Shown: positions 60,178-64,000 of the stretch, in pieces
Position numbering within the stretch: the first letter of the stretch is position 1
Layout: each line of letters starts with the position of its first letter
From: an uncultured Pelagibacteraceae bacterium
GTDB lineage: Bacteria; Pseudomonadota; Alphaproteobacteria; Pelagibacterales; Pelagibacteraceae
DNA length: 64,000 bases
Reading direction: 5' to 3'
NCBI GenBank assembly: GCA_902617825.1
Contig: CACMYE010000003.1
Coordinates: 9,670-73,669 of the forward strand
Translations under genes and position numbers: made by a program
Notes under the pieces: generated by a model
Told to the model about the DNA's origin: nothing
Seen by the model: only the letters and a program-made list of their open reading frames with translations
The model's database searches: none

Positions 60178-60687
60178 ATGAAAAAGTTAGTTTTTGTCTT
60201 TATATTTAGTCTATTTTTTATTTCAAATTCAAACGCAGCATGTGATGACCCTTTAACTGAGGGAGTGGATTATTCAAATTGTAGATTTTCTGATGCACAA
60301 GATTTACAGGGAAGTTACTTTCCAAATTCTAATTTATCTTTTGCAAGTTTCATCCAGGTTAATTTGGATAAAAGCATAATGATGAACTCAAATTTATCAT
60401 TTGGAACATTTCCTGAGTCTACATTTGTAAGAGCTAATCTTTATGAGACAGTTTCTATAGGTGCTAATTTTGAAAAAACTAATTTTACAAGTGCAAATTT
60501 AACAAGAGTTGATTTTATGGGTGCTACCTTAATTGAAGCTAATTTTCAAAATTCAAATTTAATGGAAGCAAATTTTACATCTTCAAATATAACTAATGCG
60601 AATTTTGATGGCGCCAATTTAATTGGAGCAACCTGGACTAATGGTCAAGTATGTGGACCAGAGTCCATAGGAGTCTGTAATCAGTAA
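60178..60687 (+). CDS. Secreted pentapeptide-repeat protein
   Basis: Signal peptide MKKL..NA, then (A/S/T)N(L/F)xx repeats flanked by Cys; ATG 60178 preferred over TTG 60163. Confidence 0.88.
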   Translation: MKKLVFVFIFSLFFISNSNAACDDPLTEGVDYSNCRFSDAQDLQGSYFPNSNLSFASFIQVNLDKSIMMNSNLSFGTFPESTFVRANLYETVSIGANFEKTNFTSANLTRVDFMGATLIEANFQNSNLMEANFTSSNITNANFDGANLIGATWTNGQVCGPESIGVCNQ

Positions 60688-60690
60688 TTA

Positions 60691-60981
60691 ATGAACAGCT
60701 CTGTAAAGACTGATGATGTGATTTTTAATTTTTTTAAGCAAATTTGTGATGAAAAAGACGACCAAAAGTGTGTTGAACTTGGGAAAAGTTGGATTAAAGC
60801 TATGGAGAGCAATTTATCTAATTTAGAGTCAAATCTAGACGGTGCTGATAAACTAAAACATAAAGATGATATTCAAAGTAATCGAGATCATTTAGATAGC
60901 TTGAAGGGTAAAACTTCATCTGAATGGAGAGATTATGCAACACAGTGCATGGTTGAAATACTAAGTAACAAAGATAAGTAA
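60691..60981 (+). CDS. Hypothetical helical protein
   Basis: 96-codon ORF 3 nt after the pentapeptide gene; no family recognised. Confidence 0.7.
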   Translation: MNSSVKTDDVIFNFFKQICDEKDDQKCVELGKSWIKAMESNLSNLESNLDGADKLKHKDDIQSNRDHLDSLKGKTSSEWRDYATQCMVEILSNKDK

Positions 60982-61026
60982 CCAATTTTTATTTACTATT
61001 TGATTTAAAGTAAAATTATAATAATA

Positions 61027-61099
61027 TTTCCTTAAGGGGTGTCTTTATAGACTGAGATTATACCCTAAGAACCTGTCCGGTAATTCAGAAAGGGAGAAA
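61027..61099 (+). ncRNA. TPP-class riboswitch with atypical P4/P5 arm
   Basis: GGGGTG, P3 GTCT/AGAC, CTGAGA (61052), TACCC, AACCTG, TAAT loop, AGGGAG; directly upstream of thiV. Confidence 0.85.
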
Positions 61100-62542
61100 A
61101 TGGATAACACATACTTTATAAGTCAATCATCATCATTAACAATAGTAATAATTATATGTTTAATATTTGTAATAATTGGAATTTATCATTCAAAAAAATA
61201 TCTAGGTATTAATAATTATTTAACAGCAAACAGAAATATTGGTTTATTTTCACTTACTACAAGTTTAGTTGCATCAGCATTAGGTGCTTGGATTTTGTTT
61301 GGTCCTGCATCTGCATCAACATGGGGAGGGATTGGAGCAGTAATTGGTTACGCTCTAGGGACTGGTTTTCCAATGATATTTTTAATTTACTTAGGAAAAA
61401 AAATAAGAACAGACTTTCCTAAAGGCTCATCTTTAATTGAGTACATGAGACAAAAATTTGGCAAAAGTTTATTTAAATTAACTCTGCTAATGACGATTTT
61501 TTACATGTTTATTTTTTTATGTGCAGAAGTTACAGCAGTAGGTGTACTAATTAATTATATTTCTGGAACAGAATTATGGATTACTGCATTGATAGTCATT
61601 ATTTCTACATTAACTTATACTTTGTATGGAGGTTTGAGGGCTTCAATTTTTACAGATAATATTCAGATGTTTGTCATAGCAGTTTTGTTATTTATAACAA
61701 TTTCATACATTACATTATTTAATGGAAATAATTTTTCTTTTGAGTTTATTGAAAGTAAAAATCCTCAGCTCTTGAGCTCTTCTTATGTACCAAGTTATAC
61801 TGCAGGTCTAACTTTTTTTATCGCAGTAGCTGCAACAAATCTATTTCACCAAGGTAATTGGCAAAGAGTTTATGCTGCTAAAAATTATGAAACACTTAAA
61901 AAAGGATTGATTATTTCTTTTTTAATTATTGTTCCAATTGTATTCTTAATGGGTTTTATAGGCATGGTGTCTTTTTCAGTTGATCCAACTAACAGACCAG
62001 ATCTTGGATTTTTTACATTACTGTTAAAAGAGCAAACTGAATTATTGTCATTATTAATTATCGTTCTTGGTTTGGCTTTGACTATTTCAACAGTAGATAC
62101 TCTAGTTAATGCGATATCAAGTCTGTTTGTAGTTGATGGCAAAGCAACATTTAATTTTGACAAGAAAACTGATTATTTAAAACTTTCTAAATATTTTATT
62201 ATAGCAATTTCAATTGTTGCATTTATTGTTGCTTCAAAAGGATTTGATATTTTATATTTATTTTTGCTAGCAGATTTGTTTTGTTGTGCTTTTGTTTTGA
62301 CTGTTTTCTATAGTTTTTATAACAAAAACGTTGATGAAAAGACTGCATATATTTCTATAGTAGTCGGCTTAATTGCTGGAGCATTGATTTTCCCTTTTCC
62401 AGATTTTTCCAAAAGTTTATTGATAGGAGTGCTATTGCCAACAGAAATATTTAGTCCTTTTGTTGCTCAATCTTTATTATTCTTATCTTTCTTTATCGCA
62501 ACTTTTTTACCAGCCGTGATATTAAAAATAAAAAAAATATAA
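61100..62542 (+). CDS. thiV: Sodium:solute symporter, ThiV-like HMP/thiamin-precursor transporter
   Basis: SSS motifs (YT.YGG..ASIFTD.IQ, WQRVYAAK), many TM segments, TPP-class riboswitch leader. Confidence 0.82.
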   Translation: MDNTYFISQSSSLTIVIIICLIFVIIGIYHSKKYLGINNYLTANRNIGLFSLTTSLVASALGAWILFGPASASTWGGIGAVIGYALGTGFPMIFLIYLGKKIRTDFPKGSSLIEYMRQKFGKSLFKLTLLMTIFYMFIFLCAEVTAVGVLINYISGTELWITALIVIISTLTYTLYGGLRASIFTDNIQMFVIAVLLFITISYITLFNGNNFSFEFIESKNPQLLSSSYVPSYTAGLTFFIAVAATNLFHQGNWQRVYAAKNYETLKKGLIISFLIIVPIVFLMGFIGMVSFSVDPTNRPDLGFFTLLLKEQTELLSLLIIVLGLALTISTVDTLVNAISSLFVVDGKATFNFDKKTDYLKLSKYFIIAISIVAFIVASKGFDILYLFLLADLFCCAFVLTVFYSFYNKNVDEKTAYISIVVGLIAGALIFPFPDFSKSLLIGVLLPTEIFSPFVAQSLLFLSFFIATFLPAVILKIKKI

Positions 62543-62545
62543 TTC

Positions 62546-62935
62546 CTAAATAGAGGATTTTATAGCTTCATAAAGCAAGTCTTTGGTAGTTTCACCAAGA
62601 CTTCTATAAACTTCTTCTTTATTTTTGAAAATTATAAGAGTTGTTTGATATTGAACATTAAATAAATTAGCTATCTTTCTGTTTGTTACATCAAAGGAAA
62701 AATATTCGATGTTATCAAACTCTATGTCATTTAATTTACCATCATTTTTTGCTTTATTTAAAATTTTCATTTGTCCTGCACAAGATGAACAGTACTTAAT
62801 CCAAGAACTAATTATAATAACTTTCCCTTCAGATTGAGCCTCATTAAACAGCTTTTGGTTAAAAGTTGTTTCTTTTTCCATAGCATTGGCATTCAATGTA
62901 AATAAAAACAAAAAAGAAATAAGAATTTTTTTCAT
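62546..62935 (-). CDS. Secreted thioredoxin-like protein
   Basis: Signal peptide, CSSC (CxxC), V..QTTLIIFK...EV.R. Confidence 0.8.
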   Translation of the reverse strand: MKKILISFLFLFTLNANAMEKETTFNQKLFNEAQSEGKVIIISSWIKYCSSCAGQMKILNKAKNDGKLNDIEFDNIEYFSFDVTNRKIANLFNVQYQTTLIIFKNKEEVYRSLGETTKDLLYEAIKSSI

Positions 62936-63002
62936 AGGAAGAAATTACAACAAATTAAAATTTATTGTAATCCCACAAATTGTCTCTATATAACTTATCT
63001 AA

Positions 63003-63938
63003 ATGTCGACTAATCAAATCATAATTAAAGACTTATCAAAGGTTTATGACAATGGATTTGAAGCTTTAAAAAAAATTAATTTAGATATTAAAAAAGGTGA
63101 AATTATAGCTCTTCTAGGACCAAATGGTGCTGGCAAGACAACTTTAATTAGCATTATCTGTGGTATCGTAACACCTTCATCAGGAAAAGTAAGTGTTGAA
63201 GATTTTGATATTATTGATGACTATAGGGAAACCCGTTCAAGAATAGGTTTAGTTCCCCAAGAGTTAACACTTGAGTTATTTGAAACTGTTTTTAATAACG
63301 TTTCATATTCAAGAGGGTTAAATGGAAAAAAACCTAATCCAAAACATATTGAGAAAATTTTAAAAGATTTGAGCATGTGGGATAAGAAAGATTTAAGGTT
63401 AAGACAATTATCAGGTGGTATGAAGCGAAGAGTCTTAATAGCTAAAGCATTATCCCATGAACCTTCAATATTATTTTTAGACGAGCCAACTGCAGGAGTT
63501 GATGTTGAGCTTAGAAGAGATATGTGGAAAGTAGTTGAAGATTTGAGAAAGACCGGAGTTACTATTATTTTAACAACACATTACATAGAAGAAGCAGAAG
63601 CAATAGCAGAGAGAGTGGCAGTAATTAATCAAGGAGAAATAATTGTAATTGATGAAACAAAAGAACTATTAAAAAAAATGGGCCATAAAAAACTAACAAT
63701 AAATCTTCAAAATGATTTAAACCAAATTCCTTCAAGTTTAAGTAAATATAATTTAGAAATAGGTAGTGATAAACAATCTATAAATTATACTTATAATGTT
63801 AATGCAGAAAGCACAGGTATTACCAATTTGCTAAAAGATTTAAAAGAGGCCGGATTAAAACTCCAAGATTTAAAAACAGAACAAACAACATTAGAAAAAA
63901 TTTTTGTTACATTAGTTAAGGAGAATAATGAAATTTAA
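63003..63938 (+). CDS. ABC-2 type exporter ATPase (YadG-like)
   Basis: [33 protein letters not shown]. Confidence 0.9.
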   Translation: MSTNQIIIKDLSKVYDNGFEALKKINLDIKKGEIIALLGPNGAGKTTLISIICGIVTPSSGKVSVEDFDIIDDYRETRSRIGLVPQELTLELFETVFNNVSYSRGLNGKKPNPKHIEKILKDLSMWDKKDLRLRQLSGGMKRRVLIAKALSHEPSILFLDEPTAGVDVELRRDMWKVVEDLRKTGVTIILTTHYIEEAEAIAERVAVINQGEIIVIDETKELLKKMGHKKLTINLQNDLNQIPSSLSKYNLEIGSDKQSINYTYNVNAESTGITNLLKDLKEAGLKLQDLKTEQTTLEKIFVTLVKENNEI

Positions 63939-64000
63939 TTATTATGCATTCAGAGCAATGTATTTTCATGAGATGGACCGTTTTAAAAGAACATTGATGC
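63928..64000 (+). CDS. ABC-2 permease (YadH-like), 3'-truncated by window edge
   Basis: AAGGAG then ATG 63928: [24 protein letters not shown]; overlaps the ATPase stop. Confidence 0.7.
   Translation, partial: MKFNYYAFRAMYFHEMDRFKRTLM

Noticed and set aside
60300-60640. Periodic AATTT repeats suggesting a DNA repeat array or CRISPR
   Set aside because: Explained by pentapeptide (15-nt) coding periodicity; no spacers or cas genes
165-62163. Many short antisense or alternate-frame ORFs in the track (e.g. 5206-5682, 10231-10623, 43474-43842, 49732-50043)
   Set aside because: They overlap well-supported genes, have no motifs and are expected shadows of codon bias

Overview
AT-rich, densely packed alphaproteobacterial chromosome segment. 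Gene content and order (thiS-thiG, a TPP-riboswitch-led thiV, glnA without glnB, minimal spacers) point to SAR11/Pelagibacterales; this is inferred, not searched. Bases 1-32 kb hold core genes: pepA (partial), ndk, purNM, hdaA, aspS, a stand-alone NrdJ C-terminal (TSCPD) protein, accCB-aroQ, thiSG, rne, mrcA, frameshifted prfB, an AsmA-like protein, tyrS, anmK, iscR-suf, glnA and a homocysteine methyltransferase. Bases ~32.2-60.1 kb form a carbohydrate island with no recognisable regulator. It carries an inositol upper pathway (iolG, iolE, iolD) lacking iolB/iolC/iolJ but enclosing an aldehyde dehydrogenase-HpcH aldolase-2-hydroxyacid dehydrogenase operon. It also has a CUT2 sugar ABC system, FucU/RbsD plus ribokinase, a sugar-acid module (lyxonate-type dehydratase, PdxA-family enzyme, TTT transporter, LRA5-like SDR), a ROK kinase, a glucose-type ABC system with a XylB-like dehydrogenase, and tartrate dehydrogenase. 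Best novelty candidates: (1) a kinase-free lower inositol pathway; (2) a TPP-class riboswitch with an intact pyrimidine sensor but an altered pyrophosphate arm upstream of thiV; (3) the sugar-acid module; (4) the NrdJ-remnant protein; (5) an uncalled 56-aa ORF. No tRNA, rRNA, CRISPR or mobile element was seen. Family calls rest on motif recognition and recalled homologues; no database search was run.
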